Below are positions 9,288-20,147 of a stretch of 64,000 bases of DNA, piece by piece. The translations under genes and the position numbers were made by a program. The stretch is from Chlorobium sp. (GTDB lineage Bacteria; Bacteroidota; Chlorobiia; Chlorobiales; Chlorobiaceae). The notes under the pieces were generated by a model. The model searched no databases, had not been told where the DNA came from, and worked only from the letters and a program-made list of their open reading frames with translations. Location of the stretch: positions 18,367-82,366 of the forward strand of contig SZXV01000006.1 of the NCBI GenBank assembly GCA_005862225.1, in the 5' to 3' direction. The first letter of the stretch is position 1, and the number at the start of each line of letters is the position of its first letter.

Positions 9288-11933
9288 TTATTTCTTCATT
9301 ATTTCAAAATCCTCCTTCAGACCTGATGGATTGTTCCCCTTTGAAAGCAGTTCGATAATGCGTTTTGCTTCATCCTGCCGTCCGACATCGCGATATGCCC
9401 TTGCAAGAACATAAAAAAGACGAGGATCGGATTCAGGCGATGACTGACGGCCAAGTTTTTCAAGATAGCTGAGATACAAAGAGGCTTTCTGCTTTTGGCC
9501 AAGTCGTACAGAGAGGGTAATGACCGAACCGGCAAGTTCAGGATTCAAGGGAAATTGAGCCAGAGGCAGCAGTCTTGAGGAGGTATCAAGGAGCTGCAGG
9601 GCCAGCGCTCCCCTCTGGACAGTATGCAAGGTACCTGAAACATCTGGAATATTGATCTCCTCATCAGGATGGTCAGCCAGTTCAAGGGCAAGTCTGACAA
9701 AAAGAGGCATATAGTTGCCGCAAAGACGCCTTGAGGTCTCATCAAGAAAGACCTTTGGGTTATTGAGGTTTCTGTAACGGTAAACATCAACAAGATTCCT
9801 GTGGAGTACCACCGGATCTACATAGCTCATCGGATCTGCGCTTTTCATCGGCACTACTTTATAAGCCAGTCCATCAAGACGAAGATAGTTTTCGATGCCG
9901 ATCATGCTTTCAGCATCGACCGTCAAAGCAAAATAGATTGGCCTATTTGAAAAGTTATTCGTCACAATTTCATAAACAGCAATATCTTGCGGACGCAAGT
10001 ACCCTTGACCATTGTAGGTTAATCCGGGTTTCAGCATCCATGTCATCGTGTCCTGCGGCACAGCCGGGAGCTGAAGACTATGAAGACAGGACTCTCTATA
10101 AAGCTGCTGCCGAGCAGTAGACGACGGAAGAACCGCTTCAACCGAATCAATTGGAACATAGGTAATATCGGCAATTTCTGCATCACTTAAGCTGAAGGCA
10201 ATCGGTTTTGCACCCCGTGGGCTGGTATTTTTCAACTGATCGAGATACCATCCTGTATTGGCAAGACTGAGATTGACCACGCGCACATCGGTACGGATAT
10301 GTTCGACCTCCTGAAGATACCAGAGGGGAAAGGTGTCATTGTCGCCATTGGTAAACAGAATTGCGTCTGTTTCACAACTCTGCAGCATATTCCAGGCCAA
10401 ATCCCAAGGCACAAAGTTACCTGACCGGTCATGTGTACGGTAATTGGCATACAGCATCCGACCGTCAATCAAAAGAAAGCTTGCAGTAATCGTAACTGCT
10501 GCTAAAATAAGCTTGGTGCGCTGACCAGTACCTTTCAGCCGATTGCTCAGCAAGTACCAGATACTTTCAACCCCAATGCCAATCCAAAGGGCAAAAGCAA
10601 AAAAGCTTCCGACATAACTGTAATCACGCTCTCTTGGCTGAGGTTCAGTCTGGTTGAGATAGATAACAAGAGCCGCACCGGTAAGAACAAACAGCGCAGT
10701 GACGACAAGCCCCATCTTCCACTGCCGCCTGAAATGGGTCACTGCTCCGACAAGTCCGACAAGAAAAGGAATTCCCCAGAGTACCGGCCAGTCCACTCCT
10801 GCGCCTTCCATATCATGCTCCCGGCCGATAAACTGCCAACCCAGGTAGCGGAAGTACATCTTCTGCATCTGATAGGTGAGAAAATAGTCGAGATCACTTG
10901 AATACTGCTGGTAGAAATACTGATGCACCGGCTCGGACGACCACCGTCTCGGCCAGAGAGGCATCTCACCATACTGCTCTCTGTTAACATAAGAGAAAAA
11001 AGCCGCAGGAGTTGAAGGATTATTTTCGTTGATGGACGGCCCAGCCTGTGCACGAACATAGATCAAACCGTAAGAAGTATAACCGATAATAATGAGAAAA
11101 AACGACATCAGCAGTGTATTCAGAAGCGGCATCATCTTTTTATGCGAGTACCAGGTGCCATAGCCGAGTAAAGCGATAAGAAGAAAAAAACCTAACCAGG
11201 AGGTGAACTGAAGCAACATGGGAAGTCCCTTGATTATCCCGATATAGATCAGAAAAAACAATCCTAAAACGGCAATGGTGAAGAATGCAAAAGATTTGAA
11301 TGTAATCTCATATTTTTTAATGTAGCAGACAAGAGCAACAGCAAAAACCGCAAGAAGACTGAGCAGATGCACGCCAATTGAAAGTCCTATCACATACATG
11401 ACTACCATCAGCCACCGTTCGTGTCCTGGCTTTGGAGCTTCTTCATACCATCGAAGGCTGAGCCAGATAACGATGGCAGTAAAAGCCGATGAAGAAGACC
11501 ACACCCCAGCCTCAACGGCGTTAAACCAGAAACTCTCTGACAAGGCAAGGCTCAGAGCTCCGATAACAGCTCCACCATAGGCTGATATTTTTTCAGCCGC
11601 GCTCCAACTGTCGGGATCAGTACGACGATACAGTACGACAAAACGCACAGTAATCAGATAAGTCAGCATCACGGTATTCGCACTTGCAATAGTACTAATC
11701 AGATTAATCCGTGCCGCGTGATCACTGAAAAAAGGAATCATGGAAAACAGGCGACCAAACAGAAGAAAAAGAGGCGCACCAGGAGGATGAGGAATTCCGA
11801 GGGTATAGGCTGCCGCGATTGATTCCCCACAATCCCAAAAAGAGAGTGTGGGGGCCATGGTTGCGAGATATAAAATTTCTGCTGACAGAAAAAGAACAAC
11901 CGCAATGGTGCGGTTAATCGTCCGGTGTTTCAT
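9288..11933 (-). CDS. DUF2723 membrane glycosyltransferase-like protein (GT-C, TMEM260-like)
   Basis: TLSFWDCGE, IPHPPGAPLF, LFTNGDNDTFPLWY motifs; multi-TM N-terminal half. Confidence 0.85.
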   Translation of the reverse strand: MKHRTINRTIAVVLFLSAEILYLATMAPTLSFWDCGESIAAAYTLGIPHPPGAPLFLLFGRLFSMIPFFSDHAARINLISTIASANTVMLTYLITVRFVVLYRRTDPDSWSAAEKISAYGGAVIGALSLALSESFWFNAVEAGVWSSSSAFTAIVIWLSLRWYEEAPKPGHERWLMVVMYVIGLSIGVHLLSLLAVFAVALVCYIKKYEITFKSFAFFTIAVLGLFFLIYIGIIKGLPMLLQFTSWLGFFLLIALLGYGTWYSHKKMMPLLNTLLMSFFLIIIGYTSYGLIYVRAQAGPSINENNPSTPAAFFSYVNREQYGEMPLWPRRWSSEPVHQYFYQQYSSDLDYFLTYQMQKMYFRYLGWQFIGREHDMEGAGVDWPVLWGIPFLVGLVGAVTHFRRQWKMGLVVTALFVLTGAALVIYLNQTEPQPRERDYSYVGSFFAFALWIGIGVESIWYLLSNRLKGTGQRTKLILAAVTITASFLLIDGRMLYANYRTHDRSGNFVPWDLAWNMLQSCETDAILFTNGDNDTFPLWYLQEVEHIRTDVRVVNLSLANTGWYLDQLKNTSPRGAKPIAFSLSDAEIADITYVPIDSVEAVLPSSTARQQLYRESCLHSLQLPAVPQDTMTWMLKPGLTYNGQGYLRPQDIAVYEIVTNNFSNRPIYFALTVDAESMIGIENYLRLDGLAYKVVPMKSADPMSYVDPVVLHRNLVDVYRYRNLNNPKVFLDETSRRLCGNYMPLFVRLALELADHPDEEINIPDVSGTLHTVQRGALALQLLDTSSRLLPLAQFPLNPELAGSVITLSVRLGQKQKASLYLSYLEKLGRQSSPESDPRLFYVLARAYRDVGRQDEAKRIIELLSKGNNPSGLKEDFEIMKK

Positions 11934-12034
11934 AAAAGAATCGTTGTCAATGGGTATCTGCTCGTCGCATGATCAAAAACTCACACCCGACATACTTTTA
12001 CATCAATCTATTTCTTTGGCTTCAGCTACCTGAT

Positions 12035-12065
12035 TCACAAACCAGAAGGGTATTTCGGTTTGTGA
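12035..12065 (-). terminator. Hairpin downstream of tatA
   Basis: tcacaaacc / ggtttgtga inverted repeat. Confidence 0.5.
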
Positions 12066-12110
12066 GCTTTTAATGAAACTGATGCTATCTGTTAGAGAAA
12101 TCTTACTATG

Positions 12111-12356
12111 TCAAGATGTTTTACCAGCTGAATCTTCCTTTTCATTTTTTGACGTTGCAGTCTCAACTGACTTATTTTTTGGTGTTGGGGTCTCAACTGC
12201 TTTTTTGATCTCATCTTCAAAATCATCCTGTGCCTTTTTAAATTCTTTCATTCCTTTCCCCAAGCCTCTCATCAATTCCGGGAGTTTTTGCGGACCAAAG
12301 AATAACAGAACAACAAACAGGATTAGAAGCAACTCTTGTCCACCTAAGCCAAACAT
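12111..12356 (-). CDS. tatA: Twin-arginine translocase TatA/E
   Basis: [12 protein letters not shown]...[23 protein letters not shown]. Confidence 0.93.
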   Translation of the reverse strand: MFGLGGQELLLILFVVLLFFGPQKLPELMRGLGKGMKEFKKAQDDFEDEIKKAVETPTPKNKSVETATSKNEKEDSAGKTS

Positions 12357-12609
12357 AGCGATTCTCCTTCAAGTTAGATATCATTACAATCCCCAATCAC
12401 TAAAAATATAAATATGACACCAAAAAAAAACTAAAATAATAATGACATTTTTCGCGATGACTGAAAAAACTTTGGCGGAAGTCTCGCAAGGCGAATCAAG
12501 CGAATTGATGCATGATTTAATTCTCCTCAAAAGAGCATTATTTTTCTGGGCTATCTGTTTTCCCTGCTCAGGAACCCTCATCAGCAGGCTCTTCATCAAT
12601 CTGAAATCG

Positions 12610-12867
12610 TCAGTCTTTTTGAACAATGGGAATTTTTGATATTATTTCCCATAAATGACGCTGGGCCTCTGCTTGTTGTTGCTTGAGTTTTTCAAGTTCA
12701 TTGCCGGATAAGCCTACAGGATTATCCGGATCGATTAGGGAATCTTTCAGTGACTCTATTTCCAGGTTCTGCTCTGTTTTCATATAGCCGACAAACCTGG
12801 AAAGCAAAAAAAATACAAAAAAGGAAAAGCCTAAAAGTGTCACCCAGCTCATTGAATCCCACTTCAT
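12610..12867 (-). CDS. Small single-TM hypothetical protein (possibly ended early by TGA)
   Basis: N-terminal TM segment plus coiled coil; the frame stays open for 13 more codons after the TGA. Confidence 0.6.
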   Translation of the reverse strand: MKWDSMSWVTLLGFSFFVFFLLSRFVGYMKTEQNLEIESLKDSLIDPDNPVGLSGNELEKLKQQQAEAQRHLWEIISKIPIVQKD

Positions 12868-12923
12868 ATAACTAAATCGTTATGTTGAATAAACATGGTT
12901 GATAGTAATTGCGAAAAAAAATC

Positions 12924-13472
12924 TCAGTTTACTGATGGTTTGCAGTTCAAGCCTGGGACATCATCCCGGCAATGGTGGTGATTACGATACCAGCAGTGAT
13001 AACCGAAATCCTGCTTCATAGCAATATATGTCCGCATCTGCTGACGACTCAGAACGGCTGAAAGGTCATGAATATGATTACTTCGAAGTGATGCCAACTT
13101 TGCATGCACTTTTCCGATCTTGCTTCCAAGTATCGCAACATCTTTTGCATTAGGTGATTGCTTTATCGACTCATTAACGAGTTCGTGATTCAAGCGGAAC
13201 AATTCCTTAAACTCAATGCGAGCTTTTTGAATAAAGCTTTTCCGCAATTCATTCACACTGGCTTTTTGGCTGTCACTCAGACCAAACGAATTCTCCTGCC
13301 ATTGTCTTCCATCCTTATCAACTGAATCTATATGACGTGGATGGTCGTAAAACGCACTTGTAGCACTTGCTGGATGCAGATTCTCCCCTGCTGGCTTGAG
13401 TTCTTCTGCAAATGCTCTATGGCCGATTAAGAATAACCCTGGCATTAGGACTATCAACATACTCTTGTTCAT
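12924..13472 (-). CDS. Spy/CpxP-family periplasmic protein
   Basis: Signal peptide; LSDSQK and VLSRQQ resemble LTxxQ motifs; helical. Confidence 0.7.
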   Translation of the reverse strand: MNKSMLIVLMPGLFLIGHRAFAEELKPAGENLHPASATSAFYDHPRHIDSVDKDGRQWQENSFGLSDSQKASVNELRKSFIQKARIEFKELFRLNHELVNESIKQSPNAKDVAILGSKIGKVHAKLASLRSNHIHDLSAVLSRQQMRTYIAMKQDFGYHCWYRNHHHCRDDVPGLNCKPSVN

Positions 13473-13762
13473 GGGGTTATAATTTTAAATATTTACGATC
13501 AATCCTGACACTTCTACCATATATGACGTTAGTTCGTAACATTTCCAGCGGTAGAAATATGAAAAAAAACATTATGTCTCCGGTGCCCAGACTTGTGTCC
13601 ACATCTTTTGCTGTTTTCTCATTTTTTGGATGTAGTTCGGCAAGTTTTTGTCAAAAAAAACGTTCTACCTATCAAACAAGGGTACTGATGTATTTTGCAT
13701 CAGCGGCTCTATTTTTTTACGCCTCCGCAGTAAAAATTGTCAGTTTTATTCATTATAATCTT

Positions 13763-14122
13763 ATGGACAATAAGGGCTTTGGGGGAGAACAAAAAGTGCG
13801 TCTTGAAGAGAATATCTGTGTTCATATTTTCACAGTCTCTGCGGCGATGGTGGGTGTATGTCTGACAGTAATTGGTATTATCCAGATTGTAATCACATCT
13901 CAGGGCCTTACAACTCTTGCGGATGATTTTATTGCACTTGACGCTTTATTCTTCCTTATTTCAAGCTTTTTATCTTATTGGGCAATGAGACGGAGAGGGT
14001 TCAACAGAATACGTCAAATAGAGCATATTTCTGATATAGTATTTATTTCGGCATTGGTAGTTATGGCCTTTATCTGTATTATTATCACGTATGAAATATC
14101 ATTCCATAAAATTGTCGCCTGA
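13763..14122 (+). CDS. Small membrane hypothetical protein (3 TM)
   Basis: ATG at 13763 (MDNKG) inside the long ORF-track call; CVHIFTVSAAMVGVCLTVIG hydrophobic core. Confidence 0.65.
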   Translation: MDNKGFGGEQKVRLEENICVHIFTVSAAMVGVCLTVIGIIQIVITSQGLTTLADDFIALDALFFLISSFLSYWAMRRRGFNRIRQIEHISDIVFISALVVMAFICIIITYEISFHKIVA

Positions 14123-14308
14123 GTTAATAGCCATCTACAAACGACGTTTAGTGCTTGAAGCTATTCCATGTAAGATTGTATTGGCCCGAACCCTGTTGAC
14201 GGATACCATCGTAATGTTCTGTTTGTTGTCAGCTCCCGGCTTCAAAATTGCTTAACGCAGTAAGTCATCTGCCTTTTGTCGATACACTGGCCTGAGAGAT
14301 ACTCCGAG

Positions 14309-15850
14309 TTACCTCTGGGGGGCGCTGTTTACTTTTTCTTTCGCGTTCGGATCATTTGACCAACCCCCGCCCAGAGCGACGAAGAGTGCTGTGGTGTCCT
14401 GCAGTTGCTGGGCCTGGGCCTGCAGGTAGTTGATTTCAGCCTGATGAAACTGTATATCGGCGACCATGACCTGCAGGTAGTTAGCTGTTCCTGCCTGATA
14501 ATTAGCATTCAGGAGATCCATTGCAAGCTTTGCATCTTTCGCTGCCTGAGCTTCAATCGCGGTGACTTCCGCATCGTGCTCCAAAGCACGAACAATATCA
14601 GCGACCTGTGCAAATGCCGAAAGAACCGTTTGCTTATAGCTGGCTAAACTCTGCTCGTAAGCGTCAATTGCCACCCTGCGTTGTGCTCTAAGTGAGCCTC
14701 CTTTAAATATCGGAGCCGTTACATTCGCGCCTAACCCCCACACATTACTGGCACTGTTAAAGAGGTTACTCGTCTTCTGACTGGTCTGCCCATAACTTCC
14801 ATTCAGGATGAAACTTGGAAATAATGCTGCTGTAGCGACGCCAATCCCTGCGCTGGCAACATGTAACTGAGCTTCAAATGCAAGAATATCGGGGCGTTGG
14901 TGAACCAGTTCTGAAGGAAGAGATAAGGGTAACTGACGCGGCAGTGAAATATCCGTTAACAGAACTGTCGGTGGTTGGAATTCAGCCGGTGTTTTGCCTT
15001 CAAGCGTAGCGAGAAGATGTTCCGCCTGGCTTAACTTTTGGCGGAGAGGAGGCAGTGCCGCTTCAAGTGCTTTCAACTGGAGGCGTAACGTCAGTACTGC
15101 TCCATAGGTAGTAATACCAGCCTGGTATTGTTTTTCAGCAATGCTGATCTGGTCTTTTTCCAGATCAATCAACTGGCTGGTCTTGTCTATTTGTGCATGA
15201 TATGCGGCTATTGCAATAGAGGTATTGACAATATTTCCCGTGAGCATCATGTAAGCGCCAAGGGTTAAAGCTTTTTGCTGGTCAACCTGCGCGGCCAGCC
15301 CTTCAACAGCTCTTCGTTGCCCTCCAAAAATATCGAGCGCATAACTTACCGACGAAGAGAGTGTTGTCAAATTGAAGATATTTGCCGATGATGAGCTGCC
15401 AATGGTTGCTGGTGAACTTTTTTCGCGGGTTTGACCAAACGTTGCGCTGAGTTGCGGATAAAAAATGCCAGAGCCACCGCGCAAGTTTTCCTGACTCTGC
15501 CTGAGACTGGCCTCGGCCGCCTGTAAGCCGGGATTCTCAGCTAACCCGATACTTACTGCGGCATCCAGTTGCTTTGAATTAAACGATTGCCACCAGTTGG
15601 CTGCCGGGCCTGCACCTTCATCAAAACGTTGCGAAACACCTGCCTGAGCCACGATCTCTTTGGGGTCTCCTCCCTGATTGTATTGGGTTACCTTCGGTGC
15701 TTCAGGACGAACAAAGTCCGGGCCAACGGCACAGCCTGATAAAAGAAGCAGCGATACCCCGAATGGAACGAGGAAAGCGCAGCCCTTGCGATAGCATTGA
15801 AAAGCTGCGCTATTTTTTCGAGGTATGATTTTTCTCACCAATGTAGACAT
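14309..15850 (-). CDS. Efflux outer-membrane lipoprotein (NodT/TolC family)
   Basis: LSGCAVGPDF lipobox; PSELVHQRPDI; LFVALGGGW. Start placed at ATG 15850. Confidence 0.88.
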   Translation of the reverse strand: MSTLVRKIIPRKNSAAFQCYRKGCAFLVPFGVSLLLLSGCAVGPDFVRPEAPKVTQYNQGGDPKEIVAQAGVSQRFDEGAGPAANWWQSFNSKQLDAAVSIGLAENPGLQAAEASLRQSQENLRGGSGIFYPQLSATFGQTREKSSPATIGSSSSANIFNLTTLSSSVSYALDIFGGQRRAVEGLAAQVDQQKALTLGAYMMLTGNIVNTSIAIAAYHAQIDKTSQLIDLEKDQISIAEKQYQAGITTYGAVLTLRLQLKALEAALPPLRQKLSQAEHLLATLEGKTPAEFQPPTVLLTDISLPRQLPLSLPSELVHQRPDILAFEAQLHVASAGIGVATAALFPSFILNGSYGQTSQKTSNLFNSASNVWGLGANVTAPIFKGGSLRAQRRVAIDAYEQSLASYKQTVLSAFAQVADIVRALEHDAEVTAIEAQAAKDAKLAMDLLNANYQAGTANYLQVMVADIQFHQAEINYLQAQAQQLQDTTALFVALGGGWSNDPNAKEKVNSAPQR

Positions 15851-16757
15851 CAACAAGTTGACCCGGATAGATTGACACGCCCTTCTGTTTTTCAAAACTG
15901 AAAATAACCGGCAGTACCCGCACATCAACACGCTCGGTTCTCTGGCTTGAAAGCTCGATCTTCGGCGAAACATTCGGTTGTATTCTCACAAATTTCAAAG
16001 GGACTTTGATATCTGTTCCCTGAATAGTCATTCTCGCCTCTATCGCGGACGGGTCAGGTATCCTGTTAATCAGGATCTCATCAACGTAACACCTCACAGC
16101 AAGATCGCCTTTCATGTTACCTAGTACCATAACTGGCTGAAACACTCCCGTATATGTATCATAAACGCCCTGGCTTGATATAAAGCTGCCTGTAGCAGTA
16201 TTGATTGACAGAACCGTGCCGTCTGAAAGTGCCTTGATAACATACTTGTTCAAAAGTGCATTTGCTGCTTGATACTGCTTTTGAGCAAGCTCCAGAGTTG
16301 ACTTTGCTGCTTTGGCTGCATTTTCGGCGGTATCAAGAGCATCCTTGCTGACTGAACGTGGATCAAGTACCCATGAGGCTTTCTGTTTGCTGTACTGATC
16401 CTGAATGCCTTTGAAATTTGCCTTTGCTACATCAATCTGCGCTTTCGCCGACTCAGTGGTGGAGCGCTGTACTGAATCTTCAAGCACAAGCAATGGAGTT
16501 CCTGCCTTTACATGCTGGCCTTCAGTAACCAATATCTTAACCACTGTTCCCGGGACTTCAGGATAGATGTTGATATTTTCGCCACTGCTCTGGGCTGTTT
16601 CAATAATACCATTGGCATAAATACCCTTTGCATAGGGATTCGATGCAGGTTTGAATGCCGGAGGCTGTGGTTTGGCCGGTATGCCTGAAATATAGGCACT
16701 CCCGATTGCGAGCAGGACACCAAGTATGGCAAATCCGATTAATAGTTTATTTCTCAT
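15810..16757 (-). CDS. Efflux periplasmic adaptor (HlyD/DevB-like)
   Basis: N-terminal TM, lipoyl-like GTVVKILVTEGQHVKAG, coiled coil, RVDVRVLPV. Confidence 0.88.
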   Translation of the reverse strand: MRNKLLIGFAILGVLLAIGSAYISGIPAKPQPPAFKPASNPYAKGIYANGIIETAQSSGENINIYPEVPGTVVKILVTEGQHVKAGTPLLVLEDSVQRSTTESAKAQIDVAKANFKGIQDQYSKQKASWVLDPRSVSKDALDTAENAAKAAKSTLELAQKQYQAANALLNKYVIKALSDGTVLSINTATGSFISSQGVYDTYTGVFQPVMVLGNMKGDLAVRCYVDEILINRIPDPSAIEARMTIQGTDIKVPLKFVRIQPNVSPKIELSSQRTERVDVRVLPVIFSFEKQKGVSIYPGQLVDVYIGEKNHTSKK

Positions 16758-17458
16758 GCGACATGTAATGTGTTCCGTTCAAAGCCTATTATTTTTCCAT
16801 CTTCCATTTTCATGATTGAGTCTGCAAACTCATAGATGCGGCTGTCATGCGTCACAATAATGACGCATCGCTGTGGGTTGAGGATTTTTGTTTTGATGAA
16901 ATCCACGATCTTTCTTCCTGTATCACCGTCAAGCGAGGCTGTCGGCTCATCAAAGATGAGGATATCGGGATGCCCTGCAATTGCCCGTGCTATTGCCACA
17001 CGCTGCTGCTCACCACCACTTAGCTTGACCGGTTGCAGTTGGGCTCGATCTTTGAGTCCAACGATTTCAAGGTATTCCAGCGCTACTTTAATGGCTTCAT
17101 TCCAATCCATTTTTTTCAGTATCAGAGGTATCGCAACGTTTTCAACGGTGGTCAGGCGCGGAAAAAGATGGTAGTCCTGAAACACAAAGCCGATTTTGTG
17201 CAAGCGAAGATCAGCAATATCGTCACTTTTCATTTGCCAGAGATTTTTTCCCTCGACCAGAACAGCGCCCTCGTTTGGTTTGAGTATGCCTGAAATCATG
17301 CTGAGCAAGGTTGTTTTACCGCTTCCTGACGGACCAACGATATAGAGCAGTTCACCAAAGTTAGCTTCAAAACTTGCGCTTTTCACCGCAGTGGTTTTAG
17401 TCTCTCCTTCGCCAAACCACTTCACCAAAGCATCTGCCTTTATGGCTACATTTCCCAT
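16754..17458 (-). CDS. ABC transporter ATP-binding protein (LolD/MacB/DevA-like)
   Basis: GPSGSGKTT, LSGGEQQRVAIARA, DEPT motifs. Confidence 0.93.
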   Translation of the reverse strand: MGNVAIKADALVKWFGEGETKTTAVKSASFEANFGELLYIVGPSGSGKTTLLSMISGILKPNEGAVLVEGKNLWQMKSDDIADLRLHKIGFVFQDYHLFPRLTTVENVAIPLILKKMDWNEAIKVALEYLEIVGLKDRAQLQPVKLSGGEQQRVAIARAIAGHPDILIFDEPTASLDGDTGRKIVDFIKTKILNPQRCVIIVTHDSRIYEFADSIMKMEDGKIIGFERNTLHVA

Positions 17459-17460
17459 GG

Positions 17461-18660
17461 TCAGCCCCTGAAAATATCAAATGGTTGTATCTGGAGAACT
17501 TTCCGCACCCCGATATAACTGGAAACTCCGGCCATAATAAGCACCATAATAAATGCAAAGGTGAGATTGTAATAGGTAACCTGCGCAGCATAGCTTGGCA
17601 AACGTAGCTTGGCAAGAATCATAAGGCCTGAGGCCAGCCCGACTCCGAGTCCATAACCCAGAAGCGCAGTAAATGATGCCTGAAACAGAATCATGGTGAT
17701 AAGCTCGTGTCCTTTGGCTCCAATGGCTTTCAAGGCGCCAAACCGTTCGAGGTTTTCGAGGATAAAGGTATAGAAGGTCTGGCCGGAGATCGAAAGGCCA
17801 ACAATAAAACTGATTGCCGTCATCATCAGAACATTCATTCCCATACCAGTCTGGTATGTATAAAAATCAGAGATTTTCCGAACAAACTGATCGCGGGTCA
17901 GTGCCTGATAGCCAAGTTTATTGATTTGCTGCTGAATAAAAGGGATATCGGCTTCACTTTTTGGTTCAATAAGAATATATGAGGTGGTAAAGCGCATCGA
18001 AGGGATGTAGGTGATTGCTCTATTATACGTCGTATAGACCGTAGGGATGCCAAAAAGCCCCCCTGAAGTAACTTTAGCCAAACCAACGACGAGACCCCGA
18101 TGATCGTTTATTTCAAATTCAGTTCCAATTGTGGGACTTTCAAGCTTTTTGAATTCCGAATCCTTCACCACAATAAAGGCGGATTCCGCATATATATCTT
18201 CAATCTTTCCTTCGATCAATTCAGGTCTGCCATAGAGGGTTGCATCATCAAGACCAACAACAGATACTGCTTGATAAGCGCCGCTTTTGAGCTTTACCAG
18301 CGCGTTGCCAAAATAGACAGGAACAGCAAATTTAACACCATGAATACTTCGCGCATTCGAAAGGACATAATCAGGCATGGGGATACTGCTGGTGGCGTTG
18401 TTTACCGCTGGATCCATGACCCATATTTTTGCCCCGATATTATAAACAGATGAGGAGGAGCGAGCCAATATCCCCGAAAACATCGACATCATCATAATCA
18501 TGAGAAATACAGCAAACGTAATACCGACCAAAAGAGCGATAAATTTGCTCTTGTCGTTGACAAGCAGCTTCAATGCTATTTTAAGAATTCCTGACACCGG
18601 TGCTTTCCTGATATTCTTGTTTGAAAAAAAACTGCAAAATAGCTTCAACAATATATTCAA
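17461..18660 (-). CDS. ABC transporter permease (FtsX/DevC-like)
   Basis: MacB-type topology; FGALKAIGA motif. Confidence 0.88.
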   Translation of the reverse strand: MNILLKLFCSFFSNKNIRKAPVSGILKIALKLLVNDKSKFIALLVGITFAVFLMIMMMSMFSGILARSSSSVYNIGAKIWVMDPAVNNATSSIPMPDYVLSNARSIHGVKFAVPVYFGNALVKLKSGAYQAVSVVGLDDATLYGRPELIEGKIEDIYAESAFIVVKDSEFKKLESPTIGTEFEINDHRGLVVGLAKVTSGGLFGIPTVYTTYNRAITYIPSMRFTTSYILIEPKSEADIPFIQQQINKLGYQALTRDQFVRKISDFYTYQTGMGMNVLMMTAISFIVGLSISGQTFYTFILENLERFGALKAIGAKGHELITMILFQASFTALLGYGLGVGLASGLMILAKLRLPSYAAQVTYYNLTFAFIMVLIMAGVSSYIGVRKVLQIQPFDIFRG

Positions 18661-18888
18661 CTTCGATCGACTGTGTACAAGCTAATCAATTACATTAAAC
18701 GAGCCAGAACTAATGTTGGTTCTGTGTCCAGTACCAACATTTGACTTTTCTCTTTATATCTCATCTTGCACTGGTTCCGACAGCCCGTCTCCAGTTCAAA
18801 GAACAGAAGCCTCTCATGATTTCAGGATAGCACAATACAGCGCACCTATTTCTGAGCATCACTATCATACCAACTGAAAAGTCATGCC

Positions 18889-19248
18889 TCATTTGTTAAG
18901 GGGTAGTTTGTGCATCGGAAAGGCCTCTTTCAATGCTTCTGCCACTAATTGCCTTGCCGGCTTATTCAACTCCTCAGGGTGCATGTCCAGCCATTTACCA
19001 ACAACATCGCAAGCTTGACCTATCGTTACTCCGTCAGGTATGTTGAAAAGAGTATGCATATTTGCATCGCAAATGCCTGCAACATATCCAGTATAAAACC
19101 CGTCATCATTCTCATTGTATGAATTCCCGGCATTAGCTTTTGAATATTCCCTCCAGACCGTTAGCAGTCCATTTCCAGTTTTGAATTCAGCATGTGCCGA
19201 CTGGAAGGCGAACGTAGAGACAGCAATGACTATAAGAATCTTTTTCAT
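18889..19248 (-). CDS. Rap1a/Tai-family immunity protein
   Basis: Signal peptide; GYVAGICD...CDVVGKWLDMHPEELNKPA...LVAEALKEAFP matches the Rap1a pattern. Confidence 0.75.
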   Translation of the reverse strand: MKKILIVIAVSTFAFQSAHAEFKTGNGLLTVWREYSKANAGNSYNENDDGFYTGYVAGICDANMHTLFNIPDGVTIGQACDVVGKWLDMHPEELNKPARQLVAEALKEAFPMHKLPLNK

Positions 19249-19337
19249 GATTTGACCTTTATGTTTGATGATATATTTTCAAAAACTGAACTTGTATTCC
19301 TTTGTAATTTCCTCTAAGAGGCACTTTACTTGACCGA

Positions 19338-20072
19338 TCAAATGCCAACTTTTATACCAAGAAGCACACTGTTGCTATATAATCTGTTTTTTTCAAAGAC
19401 GGTATCCACAGTGACGTTCGTTGTAAAGTAGCGGTAACGGGCATCAAGCTTAATGCTCTTGTTGAGAGGAATTGTAACGCCAAAGCCAACCTGGTAAGCC
19501 AATGCGGTTTCATTGATCGAGGGTAAGTCAGGCAGTCCATACGGCAAGGAAAGTGAGTTGGCATTGACGTTAGCTAAACCTATGCCAGCAGTTACATAAG
19601 GTTGAACAGCGCCAAATACAGGGATATCATAGTAACCATTGGCCAGAAAAGAGAGCACTGAAATATTCCGATTTGCATTTATCCTGTATTCATTATTACT
19701 GTCGTCCGTCTGATAGCCAACTTCTCCCTCAAGTCGAACGTTGTTTTTGAAGCCATAGCCGACAGCTCCAAGCATCGCAAAGCCTGAGTGAGAGTGTCGG
19801 AAATCGTTATAGCTGTCGAAATAATCAACATTATCTATTTCCGCATCACCAATATTTGCACTAACGTATCCACCTGAAGTTGATGACGCTGGAACTATCC
19901 ACTTGCCTCGGCGAGTATAGACAACTGAAGGTGATGGTGACCATACGCTATTGCCTTCTTCTATAGCCGAATCCGGTACAGCCCTTCTGCTATCCCCAAT
20001 ATTTTCAGCGGAAGCTGGTCTTGTCCATAGAGCTACGCCAGCAACCAATAATGTCATTAATGTCTTTTTCAT
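19338..20072 (-). CDS. Outer-membrane beta-barrel protein (OmpA-TM/opacity-like)
   Basis: Signal peptide; RLEGEVGY, NGYYD, PYVTAGIG, LAYQVGFG, DARYRYF strands. Confidence 0.82.
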   Translation of the reverse strand: MKKTLMTLLVAGVALWTRPASAENIGDSRRAVPDSAIEEGNSVWSPSPSVVYTRRGKWIVPASSTSGGYVSANIGDAEIDNVDYFDSYNDFRHSHSGFAMLGAVGYGFKNNVRLEGEVGYQTDDSNNEYRINANRNISVLSFLANGYYDIPVFGAVQPYVTAGIGLANVNANSLSLPYGLPDLPSINETALAYQVGFGVTIPLNKSIKLDARYRYFTTNVTVDTVFEKNRLYSNSVLLGIKVGI

Positions 20073-20147
20073 TGCTTTATTAGTTTATTCATTACATTTT
20101 ATGCGATTATTATACACCGCCGCTACTGGACATATAGGCACAAAAAA

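Noticed and set aside
13412-13762. Long N-terminal extension of the 236-aa ORF
   Set aside because: It overlaps the divergent Spy/CpxP start and reads as AT-rich intergenic sequence. The real start is more likely ATG 13763.
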